A DNA stretch of 63,052 bases, filler included, from Salisapilia sapeloensis CBS 127946 (Eukaryota; Protista; Oomycota), in assembly GCA_023334545.1 (NCBI GenBank). It is 8 parts of 8 records of this genome, joined end to end, with 100 filler letters (N's around TTAATTAATTAA, not from the genome) between each part and the next. Parts side by side here need not be neighbours in the genome. Positions count along the whole stretch, not along the records: positions 26,952 to 35,004 come from JAADVB010000498.1; positions 35,105 to 47,386 come from JAADVB010000414.1; 6 more parts are not named here. The stretch is one strand, 5' to 3'. The notes under the pieces are model-generated. The model had not been told where the DNA came from, made no database searches, and worked only from the letters and a program-made list of their open reading frames with translations. The position numbers were made by a program, and so were the translations under genes. Positions 33,778 to 42,725 of the stretch are shown piece by piece (positions within the stretch are counted from its first letter, which is position 1; every line of letters starts with the position of its first letter).

Positions 33778-34606
33778 GTGCACGCCGGAGTCGCAGGACT
33801 ACGTCATCCAACTGAGAGGACGGCGGGTCCCTTCTCATACTCTCATCCCATTCTTCAATCGTGTATGTACGATTGTCACGCTCACACTCTCGACACCCTC
33901 CCATTGCGGCCGCATAGCACGGCCGCCTACCACGCTCACACTCGGCGTGTACTTGCTCGCTGAGGGCGCTCCGCGAGTAACGAGCATTGTATTCCTCGCG
34001 ATGTTGGATATGAATCTCGATATCAGGATCATGATCATAGCGTTTCATGAAGTCATTCCACGACGCACGTAGTGCGTCGTACCGCACGTTCATGGACTTG
34101 TTCTTGCTCGCTCGATATCGACGAAAGAGCCCCTTCACCTTGTCAATCGGGTGCTTCAATCGAATCTCGCCGACGTCATAGAGATCCAGTGGATGGAGAC
34201 TGCCTTTTGAATAGGTCATTCGCGACCGGACTTCTTGGTAGCCGGTCGCCTGCGAAGTCTCTCTGGTTGACTGACCGGCAGTTGTCGTTTGCGAAGATTG
34301 CGTCGAAGGCCCCGATATCGTTGTTGGAGCAGATGCAGCCGATGTCTCGGCTGCCAATGTCGTTTGAGGTGTGCTTGCAGCCGGTTGTTTGGCTGCCGAT
34401 GGCGTTTGCATATCGACGGACTCAGCAGTGCTTGGCGGAGCTTCCATGCTCTCCTCGGGCACAGCGGTTGCTTCAGTGGAACGTCCAACGTCAGTGGACT
34501 GGTCGTTGGCACTGTCGTCTGCGCCCGTGGTCACGGGCGCCTCACTCCCAACAGTGTCTGGGGTGTTGTCCGAGGCCGTTGGCATTTGCGAATGAGTATA
34601 CACCAT
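32738..34606 (-). CDS. Antisense accessory ORF of the retrotransposon (622 aa; unknown function)
   Basis: ATG start; globular-looking helical domain with H-x3-C-x5-C-x7-C-x2-C lying outside pol; Y/D/R-rich disordered middle; C-terminal heptad coiled coil; Inr-like motifs upstream. Confidence 0.75.
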   Translation of the reverse strand: MVYTHSQMPTASDNTPDTVGSEAPVTTGADDSANDQSTDVGRSTEATAVPEESMEAPPSTAESVDMQTPSAAKQPAASTPQTTLAAETSAASAPTTISGPSTQSSQTTTAGQSTRETSQATGYQEVRSRMTYSKGSLHPLDLYDVGEIRLKHPIDKVKGLFRRYRASKNKSMNVRYDALRASWNDFMKRYDHDPDIEIHIQHREEYNARYSRSALSEQVHAECERGRRPCYAAAMGGCRECERDNRTYTIEEWDESMRRDPPSSQLDDVVLRLRRALRESGHGRPIHRTRREETRSPPRREAHPPSTGREAPTYRSQPNSQASGHGRGDRSGYYDPNYYDRQEDRREDERRSRGYYGHDPSYGSYHSSAYQGSHRNDPQYDQRSNVYDPSHQSEREHRPARSDPYDQYRERDYSPASSSSSRRGHRYHPYRDAYEVHSQRREVRDSPPRSLPTSNRDYAAAAPRGPEPTRRDPVPAYTEARPPLVAPAPVSAPAPSTPPPTRPSVADAPAMEHSRSHETRRPPDQPVREEGQTEEDVPFVRGTRPGWMIELDDRSYQNEGDIAILLGDVEGLQEAYRATGNDRRMIRNELQQTNQNVRLIREALRNAGIDVPDKLPANPPRK

Positions 34607-34665
34607 CGTGGTGAGCGCAGTCGAGGAGGAAGTGACGATTGCTTGCGAGGTTGATGGCGAGTTCC

Positions 34666-34695
34666 GGAATGAGGAATCGCCAAGCGAGAATGAGC
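34666..34695 (-). promoter_or_regulatory. Two oomycete Inr-like motifs on the antisense strand upstream of the antisense ORF
   Basis: Minus-strand GCTCATTCT (34687-34695) and CTCATTCC (34666-34673), 60-90 nt upstream of the ATG at 34606. Confidence 0.45.
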
Positions 34696-34850
34696 AAAGG
34701 CAAGCGTCCGATCAAGTCGGACGCAGAAGAATTGGAGAAGAGTCGGAAGGAACCCGGCGCTAACTCAGGATGATGACCAAAGGCAATGCGGCGCGTGCAA
34801 GCCTTCACCCGGATGTTGTATAGAGATGCAATTTGTGTGTTTGCACTCTT

Positions 34851-34863
34851 AAGACGGGGGTGG
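34851..34863 (+). promoter_or_regulatory. Polypurine tract
   Basis: AAGACGGGGGTGG immediately before the LTR start TGTAACGGG. Confidence 0.75.
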
Positions 34864-35004
34864 TGTAACGGGTATGCGCCCGTTACTTTAGGCTAGGTTG
34901 TTTCCTTTCTACTTTACGGTTTTTAGAGTCCTGTACCCACTTGGTACAGGTTTGTTACATGTTTAGATGACCTACTCACTGTCTGGTTTAAGATATATGT
35001 TGTA
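34864..35004 (+). repeat. 5' part (U3) of the 3' LTR
   Basis: Starts TGTAACGGG, an imperfect inverse of the CCCGTAACA end; follows the PPT; contains two 8-bp hairpins. Confidence 0.85.
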
Positions 35005-35104
35005 NNNNNNNNNNNNNNNNNNNNNNNNNNNNNNNNNNNNNNNNNNNNTTAATTAATTAANNNNNNNNNNNNNNNNNNNNNNNNNNNNNNNNNNNNNNNN
35101 NNNN

Positions 35105-35245
35105 TTTGCTAACGTCTGAGTACAGCATGGCAACGTTGATCGGTCTGTGCCTTCGCGTGAAACTGCTCCGATCGCTGCCGACTCGATTCAAGGTCGACAT
35201 CTTCATCACACCCGGCACGCATGCGTCGGAAGCTGCCGTCAACAA
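35105..35245 (+). repeat. Left arm of a 141-bp inverted repeat (partner 47246-47386)
   Basis: Reverse complement of 47246-47386 by visual comparison; diverges after GCCGTCAACAA. Confidence 0.95.
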
Positions 35246-35405
35246 ACACCTTACACCCATAGAACAATATCGACTCCAGAAAGCTATAAGCTTGTCAAAT
35301 ACAACGCATGTTCTTCCAAATCAAACTCGACATCAATTTGCATGCAAGAAGCCAAAGCTTATGTCGAGCAAAATGGTTTCCTGCTTATTCAACCTAGAGC
35401 TATAA
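35105..35405 (+). pseudogene. 3'-truncated or chimeric duplicate of the MIP18/CIA2B last exon
   Basis: Intron 3' end then [19 protein letters not shown]...HASEAAVNK, continuing into an unrelated 52-aa tail instead of [14 protein letters not shown]. Confidence 0.65.
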
Positions 35406-35493
35406 AAATTCAAGCGTGCATGTACCAAAGGATGCCCCATAGACAGAGCAGGTACGGAGCTTCCATCAAGCATAATCAGAGCATGAGCGCGCA

Positions 35494-36582
35494 TCAATGA
35501 CGGACGTCGACGATGAGCACCGTGACGTTGTCCAGACTGCCACCTTTTAATGCCTTTTCAATCAAAAGCTTGGCCACTTCTTCAATGCTCATCCACTGAT
35601 GATCGTGCAAGATGCTGGCAACGTCGTCATTCGACAGCACGTCCCACAATCCGTCCGAGGCCAACACGATGAACTCGTCGTCATCCCCAAGGGCATGAGA
35701 CGTTAGGTCTGGCTCCGGAACGACAACGTCTTTCAAGTCAGGGTTGCCAAAAGCTCTTGCGACGGCCAAATGGCCGTTAACACGAGGTACGCCATGGATA
35801 TATAGCACCATGCCACCAGCATCCTCGATCCGCTTCTTCTCAGCCTCACTGCTTGCCTTGTGATCTGTGCTTAGAGCCATTGCTTTGTTCTTGGACACAA
35901 GTACAGCTCGACAATCTCCGACATTGCAGATGTACGCTACTCGCTTACGAATGAGCAACGTGATGGCGGTGGATCCTCCATCCGCCTCCTCTCTCTGTAA
36001 GATATCATCGTTAATACGAGCACATGCATCTCGTGCAGCTTCCTCCAGCCTGCTTTCAAAGTCATTCGAGTTCAAGAGATAGAGCGGGAGCAAAAGTGCC
36101 AAGAGAGAGCTGCATTTCGCTCCTCCATGACCATCGTAAACGCCGTAGAGTGCCGTGTTGGACGCAAACTGTTCTTGCTGAAGCGATTTAAGGTTAAAAG
36201 CCGGTGCTTTTCCTTGTGACACGTACGTCTCGAGCACTTGTCTCGCCAATGCATCCGCAGCATCCGAGAGGTGGCTGTCGGATTTGAGAACGCCAGCATA
36301 GTACCGTTCTAAATTCGTGATCACACGATATCGGTCTTCGTTATAACCTCGTTGGCCACTTGTGGAAGCAACTGCAAAGGATTTGGTCCCAAAGCACACT
36401 TCTGGGTCGATCGCCGTGACCTTGTTCTTAGTGGCTTTCGTCGGTGCAGACGACCGCTGCGTCTCGTCGGTCGAGTTGCCACGGAAGATGCGTGAGACTT
36501 TGCTCCGTAGCGACTCGCGCTTGCCGCCAGCTATCCCGCCTTCACTCCGTCTTCCTCCTTCTGCACTCATCCTGTCTTTCAT
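35494..36582 (-). CDS. Protein phosphatase 2C (PPM family)
   Basis: RGYNEDR, GVYDGHGG, GSTA, NVGDCRAVL, STDHK, LASDGLWDV, SLDNVTV. Confidence 0.95.
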   Translation of the reverse strand: MKDRMSAEGGRRSEGGIAGGKRESLRSKVSRIFRGNSTDETQRSSAPTKATKNKVTAIDPEVCFGTKSFAVASTSGQRGYNEDRYRVITNLERYYAGVLKSDSHLSDAADALARQVLETYVSQGKAPAFNLKSLQQEQFASNTALYGVYDGHGGAKCSSLLALLLPLYLLNSNDFESRLEEAARDACARINDDILQREEADGGSTAITLLIRKRVAYICNVGDCRAVLVSKNKAMALSTDHKASSEAEKKRIEDAGGMVLYIHGVPRVNGHLAVARAFGNPDLKDVVVPEPDLTSHALGDDDEFIVLASDGLWDVLSNDDVASILHDHQWMSIEEVAKLLIEKALKGGSLDNVTVLIVDVRH

Positions 36583-38908
36583 TCGTTCGTTCGATCTGCT
36601 GGAAGGAAAGTGGGGTGTAAAAAGTTGTACGCCCCAAGTGTGAGAAAAATCCAGGCGAGTGTGTAAATTTTACAGAGGATAGGTTCATACGAGTACTTGG
36701 AATTTCTATTCACTTGGAAGAGACAAAGAGTGGCGAACGATAGTGAGATGGACGGATGGCTTGTTGGAGAGACGAAATTTGTGGCCTGGCGAGGCGAGGC
36801 GACGGATGAGGGCGAAACTGACTGGGAGCCACGCAAACAGAGTTTAGATAAAAGAATCACGGGTGCAAATCAGGACTGGCTTCGTATAGCTCGCAATATA
36901 CACTCGATCATGTCGCGAAGTCTCTAGTAGCGCAGTATTGCGAGCAGATTCTTTTTTTGCCGATTTCTCTTCCACGACTGGTTCAACCGAGTGCGGTTAC
37001 ATGTAGCAGGGTCATATGCGTTATTGAATCTTTAGCTTGCAAAAGCGATGCATATCTTTTTGTTACATCCGAGATTTGCAAGGCGCATGTATCCTAGGAG
37101 AGTAGGCTGCACAGTTTTCTCACTTTTGCGCATCCATTAGTATCCACAAAAAATGAAGGCTGTCTGGCAAGCATTTTATCAAGCACTCGGCCAACGTGAT
37201 TGTTTAGCTCAATGCCTTCGCGGCTATGTGTAATGTCGACAGGCGTAGAGGTCGACGTTAGTATATATTGCGCCTGTGTAAACGATCGGATTGAGATATC
37301 ATGCTCGGATACATTCGGGCGATCATCGGAAGAAGCTTAGTTAAGAAACTCCCAGTATCAGCCTACATTCTATCGCTCTTAATGTCCTGCACGAAGTTAC
37401 CATGAAAAGACATGCGATGTTGTCCGCTTGATCACTACCCGTTTCCTTCAAAGTCATCTCAGAACCCAGTAGCCAAGACCCTATACAACGAACGCACTGT
37501 CGATGGGCCAAGCACAGCTACTACACAAGAATGAATAAAGACAAAGGCCAAGTGCTTGGCTCATCCTTGCCAAATTTTAAACGATACATTCCTCAAGGTT
37601 AATTTGTTACTGCTCTGCATGTGCTTGCTTCATATCTATCATCATCTTGATTAACACGTTGACTAACGAAGATATTAATGTAGTACGAGAGATAGAAAAC
37701 AATACCCTAGCATTCAAGAACAAAGATGAGCAGTAGTAATGAGTAAAGCGTCGAAGAGATCAGTGTAGACTGTGCGACAGAAAGATCTTCATCTCATATA
37801 GAAGCCACCGAGCTCTTCTTGATCATTTACTTAAGGTTTTGTTCTTCCAAAGAGCAGCATTTAAATTGAGGTCATGTTCGTTGAGCGGGTAATCGGGTGT
37901 CATCCAAGGAATAATCATACATTATGAAAGCAAACATAGATGAACTGTAATAGGAACCAATAATTAAGTCTTCGGAGGTTCATCCTACTCGTACATCGCT
38001 ATACACATTTCCATTTCTATTCACGTCTATTGCCAGCTCCTCTGTCATTTCTAGGCTGTGGATAGCGTCGAGTGTACCACCGGAAATCATTCGGGTTGAA
38101 GTTACATTCGATGTATTTGCGCTAGTGAGCTCTTCACTATTTCAGTGAGACACAGTATAGTGAGTCACAAATATCACTTAACTATTTAGTCTATCACTGT
38201 ACTACGCCTGTTCTGAAATAATAGCGAAGAGCTCACCCAGTCTTTCGCGCGCTTTTTCAAATGTGTACATTTCGAGCATCAGGCGTGCTTCGAAATCTTC
38301 TGTAAGATCGTTTCCTCCTGATTTCATTAAAGACCAAGACAGATATAGACCGAAATAAAGTAAGGGCGTGTTCGTTGAGAGCGCAATCAGCTATTATGTG
38401 AGGCCAAATATGCAATACGTGAACGAGCACGTACGAACTATACTCGGCATTATGCCTTTTGAATCCCTCTCTTCCCCATCGACGAAAAGGTAGATGATGT
38501 CGAAGGGTATATTGATTCAGGTCTAATTCGCTCCAATAACGTCATCTATATGTTGGAAGTGTTCACACAGATCGTGCTACAGCGAGCATGGCAATGAAAA
38601 TATCAATGATAACAGAGGATGTAGCTCGAGAGGCAAGTTAGACCAAGGATTTGAAGCGGCGTGTCCATTGGAACCACCCATCACTCGCTTTTGTATTTTA
38701 AATGTGGTGAGAAAGCTACATTGAAGTATTTTGCTACGTTTCTAATAGCAAGTAGCAAAGCAAATTCGACTATTTTTAGCGAACGCGGAACTGCATGGTT
38801 CGATTATCATAAAATATTATAAAAAGAGAACCCAAAATTGCCGAATCGGTATGCAGCGCGAAAACGGTTTGAATCGCATGAACAATCAACGTGTTGCAAT
38901 TCCATTCG

Positions 38909-39438
38909 TTAGCTCATTTCAGCAGTAGGTTCCAGCACTTGTCCAAGCTTCCGGACATCCACGCCTTCTCGACGCGCCTGTTCGAGCAAAGCCATGAGAT
39001 CCTTCCTCACGCTACTACATTTTGCTCTCTCTTCTTCAGCATCTTTCTTACTACGCTCTTCATCCAGACTTGCAATTGCTAACTACTTTCAATATTTGTT
39101 AGTGGATACCACTAGCACTCCAGATAAGATTCGTACCATTTCCACGAGAAGCTGGCATTTAAACTTATCCATATTCGACTCTTGCACCAGCCTTTCACAC
39201 TTGTCCTTTAGTTTCGTATTCTCTGATTCCAACTCCTCATTCCGTTTTGCCAACGCCTCCGCTTTACACGCCGTCTCCTGAAGTTTCGAGTGCACTAGAT
39301 CGTCTTATAAGCCACCCATCACATTAATACTCTACAAGACTATCCACCTGTCTCCCACTTGCCATCCGCTCCAAGGGCAAGAGTCGTGTCTCCAAGCTCT
39401 AGCGCGATCGGTATCACTTCATGTAGCTCCCCTTCCAT
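38909..39438 (-). CDS. Small 3-exon coiled-coil protein, Chibby-like
   Basis: Spliced product MEGELHE...LELGDTTLALGADGKWETG...LAKRNEELESENTKL...KFKCQLLVEM|LAIASLDEE... resembles the Chibby pattern of a beta hairpin ending in W followed by a coiled coil ending LLxxML. Confidence 0.55.
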
Positions 39439-39559
39439 GGTTCCGGCTTTATAAGATACGAAGATCATACCTCTTCCTCATTGGATAATATCTAAATAAG
39501 AGGAATCGATTGGATAAAATTAAGTACGAGCGTCATTTAACGCTCAGATTCTGTTTGAT

Positions 39560-42500
39560 ATGGCGTCGCGCTATACCGAGGACGAGGAAGGCTACGTGGA
39601 CGTCCATGGCGAGTCAGGATCACCATCCATGCGTGAATCTGAAGTTATAGACGTCGATAGTGATGCTCCAGCGATGTTCCACAGCAACTTTACGTCTCCA
39701 CACACGTCAGATAGTACGGATGCCATCTCCGAAGAAGATGACAACTTGGACGAAAGCACGAATGACGAGAATGACTACGATGAAGCTTCTTCTACGACAA
39801 GTGGTGGCAGCGAGCATCGTTATGCATACGCGCATGGACGACAGGCCTTGCCAATGGACTCTCCTGGTGAAGAAAACGCTCTTGAAGGACTAGACATGCA
39901 CCGTGTGAACCAAGAACGGACAAAGAGCAAAAAGTACCCTCGTTTGCCTCGTATGCGCAAGAACAAGAGTGCTGGGCTCTTTACGGATAATAGTCCTGCT
40001 ACTACTAGGCATCAGAACCGAGTCATGCGTGGCATTACGTTCCGTCGACGTCCAAGTGGCAAAGAGGATCCAGACGGATTCTTCTGGGTCACCATCTTCA
40101 TCACAAGTATACTGTCCCTCGCGGTATTGAGTCTACTCGCCGTGTATCTTATCCAGACAGACTTCTTTTCCGCTCACCAGAGCGATCTCTTTGGTCGAAC
40201 GGTCGATAATCGATTCACGGTCGTGTCTAGGCAAGATGCATTTGCTCGTATCTACTTTAAAAGTGGATATTCCAACTCGAAGTATTCGGAAGCGATGCTG
40301 TCGTTTGGAGGTGGGGAGCTCCAATTAGGACGAAACTCTTACACGACGACGGAAGATCTGGACTTTTATGGCATGTCCATATTCGAAAACGGATCTGCTG
40401 CCTTCACAGGTAAAGTCATCGTGCCGACCATGGCCGTCGACTACATCGAAGCAGGAGAAGGCTTGGTCTTTAGTGACGGCACAATGATGACAACGGCTGC
40501 CAACATGTCTGGAGGTGTAAAGGAAGAAGGTGACTTGAACCTCGTCTCGGCATCCGGCTCCATCGTTGCAAGTGCTGGTGGAAATGCGTTGTTTATGGTA
40601 AATCCTGATGGAGATGTCTCGGTCGTGGGTGTAAACGCAGATGATTTGGAAGGAGAAGGAATTGTCTTTAACGGAGAAAAAGGCAGCGTGGACATTCGAG
40701 ACGGTTTGTCTCTTCGCCATAGCCACAACATGTCCGTCATCTCGTCTACGTATCCTCTCTCTATCAACAGCTCTCGAGTAGTGTTTGGTGGATCTGCAGC
40801 AGATAAATCTGTCGTGTTGACTTGCGACAGCTTCATGGACATGCCGGACGAGTCAGAAGAAGTGGAAAGGGATATTGCAAGCGCCAGGCCGAAGCATGAC
40901 GACGCGATTGCATTGCAGATTGTCGGTCAGAGCTCGGAAGGATTACGGGAGGGAGGAAAGGTGAGGATCAGTGGGGGTGAAGGATTGGAGGATGGAGGCG
41001 ACGTCATCATCGTAGCTGGCAAAACTCGCGTTGAGGATGATAGAAAGTCCCATGCTGCTGTTCGAATCAACTCAGATCTGAAAGACTCGGAACAGTCCGA
41101 GACGCTTATTGGAACTAGCGATAGAGGTCACAACGTTACGCTTAGAGGCATGGTGTCGATCAATGATAACGTCGGAGATGACACCGAATTGTATGTCGCT
41201 GGTGCAGCCATGAACGTAAGCTCGCAAGCGTTTGCTGTTCTCAACACCAAGTTGAATGACTCGATGGTATGGATCGAATCGAACGACATTTCCATCGGTC
41301 GTATCTCTCCTTCTGTCCACATTGGCGGTGGAAAGCAAACGAGTTTGACGTTGCGTGGGAAAGATACAGTCTTGGATGCAACTGAAGCACTTGACATCGG
41401 GTCCGATGCTTCGGAGATATCGATCGGTGATTCTGATACGGATGGACAGACGCTGGACATTGGTTCTAGTAAGATCCGCCTGAATGCTGGTGATATTGAC
41501 TTTAATGCAGATGAACCGGATGCAACGACGACGTTCTATGGAAAGACAGTGCTAGCTAGTGAGAAAGGAGATAAGCGTCGTGCGTTTATGGAAGCAGAAG
41601 ATGGGAACGTTCGCTTTGCTGCCGACATGACGCTTGGTGACGAAGATCAGGGCTCAAACATCACAGTGAGAGGAGCCAAGATGCGAGTGTCGAGTGATTT
41701 AATTCTCATCGGAGGAGACACGTCCAATGTGGCTTTATCCGGAGACGATGTGCATATCGAAGGTGAGACACAGTTGACTGTTGGTAAGTCCTCTGCCTCG
41801 ATTGATATCGGCAGCGATGATACGAGCGACATGAATATTGGAAGCAAAAAGATGTCACTGAAGAGTAGTAAGCTTTCTATTAATGGTGATTCGATGACAG
41901 TGTCGTCGTCTAAAGTCTCGATCGGAGGGAATGCCACGAGCGAACTGCGTGTCGGATCGGACGTGTCTCGGACTGTCATCCAAGGCACAAAAGTGAGCAT
42001 TGGCCATGACGCGGCTGAAGTCTCGGTCGGGTCAGACAGCGAGAAGCTTGTGTTAGGCTCTGATCGCACCAATATTGAGCTGAATGGGCATGTGACGATT
42101 AATGGGGAAGAGTTAAGTCGACGCAGACGGTTAGAAGATCTAACTAGGTCTGCTGTTGGAAGCCTTGATGTTACTGGGTTCTCGGAACGAGTGCCATCGG
42201 GACAGCATGATCTATCGAATCTGTTTACCTCTGGCTTTACAAGTGCAAGTAGCGTGTTGGAGGTGGATGGTGTTAGTGGAAGCATCAAGGTTGCAGCAAC
42301 CCGTGGTGACCGATCTCCAGTTGACGTCTACGTCAGTTTAAGTGGCGTACGGTATCAAGTGCACCGAGGTGTAACTGGTTCTGCTAGACTTCAATGTCAT
42401 GTTTACAAGTCATCAGATAATGCAAAAGAATCGATCATTGCGGACGCTACGACGGATGTGGAATTTTGTCAAGTAGAGGGTTGTAAGGATGGCATGTTTC

Positions 42501-42631
42501 TTGGAGTATCCCAGAGTCGAGTGGCTCAGCTTGAGGAAGGAGATGAAGTTTTTGTGAAGTGCACGGTGCGCACGACTGTAGAAGGGACTATTTTGATAGA
42601 CAGTGCGCAGTTGGCAGTAAAGTATCTTTGA
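39560..42631 (+). CDS. 1023-aa intronless type II membrane protein with a long beta-repeat ectodomain and a beta-sandwich-like C-terminus; unknown function
   Basis: Long ATG-initiated ORF; acidic disordered N-terminus; one hydrophobic helix FFWVTIFITSILSLAVLSLLAVYLI; recurrent xxIG/VG short beta repeats; RRRRL motif before the last domain. Confidence 0.85.
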   Translation: MASRYTEDEEGYVDVHGESGSPSMRESEVIDVDSDAPAMFHSNFTSPHTSDSTDAISEEDDNLDESTNDENDYDEASSTTSGGSEHRYAYAHGRQALPMDSPGEENALEGLDMHRVNQERTKSKKYPRLPRMRKNKSAGLFTDNSPATTRHQNRVMRGITFRRRPSGKEDPDGFFWVTIFITSILSLAVLSLLAVYLIQTDFFSAHQSDLFGRTVDNRFTVVSRQDAFARIYFKSGYSNSKYSEAMLSFGGGELQLGRNSYTTTEDLDFYGMSIFENGSAAFTGKVIVPTMAVDYIEAGEGLVFSDGTMMTTAANMSGGVKEEGDLNLVSASGSIVASAGGNALFMVNPDGDVSVVGVNADDLEGEGIVFNGEKGSVDIRDGLSLRHSHNMSVISSTYPLSINSSRVVFGGSAADKSVVLTCDSFMDMPDESEEVERDIASARPKHDDAIALQIVGQSSEGLREGGKVRISGGEGLEDGGDVIIVAGKTRVEDDRKSHAAVRINSDLKDSEQSETLIGTSDRGHNVTLRGMVSINDNVGDDTELYVAGAAMNVSSQAFAVLNTKLNDSMVWIESNDISIGRISPSVHIGGGKQTSLTLRGKDTVLDATEALDIGSDASEISIGDSDTDGQTLDIGSSKIRLNAGDIDFNADEPDATTTFYGKTVLASEKGDKRRAFMEAEDGNVRFAADMTLGDEDQGSNITVRGAKMRVSSDLILIGGDTSNVALSGDDVHIEGETQLTVGKSSASIDIGSDDTSDMNIGSKKMSLKSSKLSINGDSMTVSSSKVSIGGNATSELRVGSDVSRTVIQGTKVSIGHDAAEVSVGSDSEKLVLGSDRTNIELNGHVTINGEELSRRRRLEDLTRSAVGSLDVTGFSERVPSGQHDLSNLFTSGFTSASSVLEVDGVSGSIKVAATRGDRSPVDVYVSLSGVRYQVHRGVTGSARLQCHVYKSSDNAKESIIADATTDVEFCQVEGCKDGMFLGVSQSRVAQLEEGDEVFVKCTVRTTVEGTILIDSAQLAVKYL

Positions 42632-42725
42632 CCAGTGACTTCAAGTGCTGCGTTGATTATTGTTCAGGCTCGGATGGAAACATAGTCGACCACTTTAAAA
42701 ATTAATAACGAATATCTTGTCATAG

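Larger units (their letters stand above)
26952..35004 (+). mobile_element. Intact Ty3/gypsy LTR retrotransposon (chromovirus) with an extra antisense ORF; LTRs collapsed by the assembly
   Basis: Gag-PR-RT-RH-IN-chromodomain order, PBS, PPT and LTR halves at both contig ends overlapping by 16 nt (TAAGATATATGTTGTA). Confidence 0.97.

Noticed and set aside
32962-33783. Second antisense ORF (273 aa) in the retroelement
   Set aside because: In exact codon register with pol, starts at a non-ATG codon, fully nested in a doubly constrained region, with no structured-looking sequence.
35740-35775. PP2C motif reads ARAFGN instead of the usual SRAxGD
   Set aside because: The main metal-binding Asp motifs (ED, DGH, GD, DG, DN) are all intact. 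A single substitution is not enough to call it inactive.
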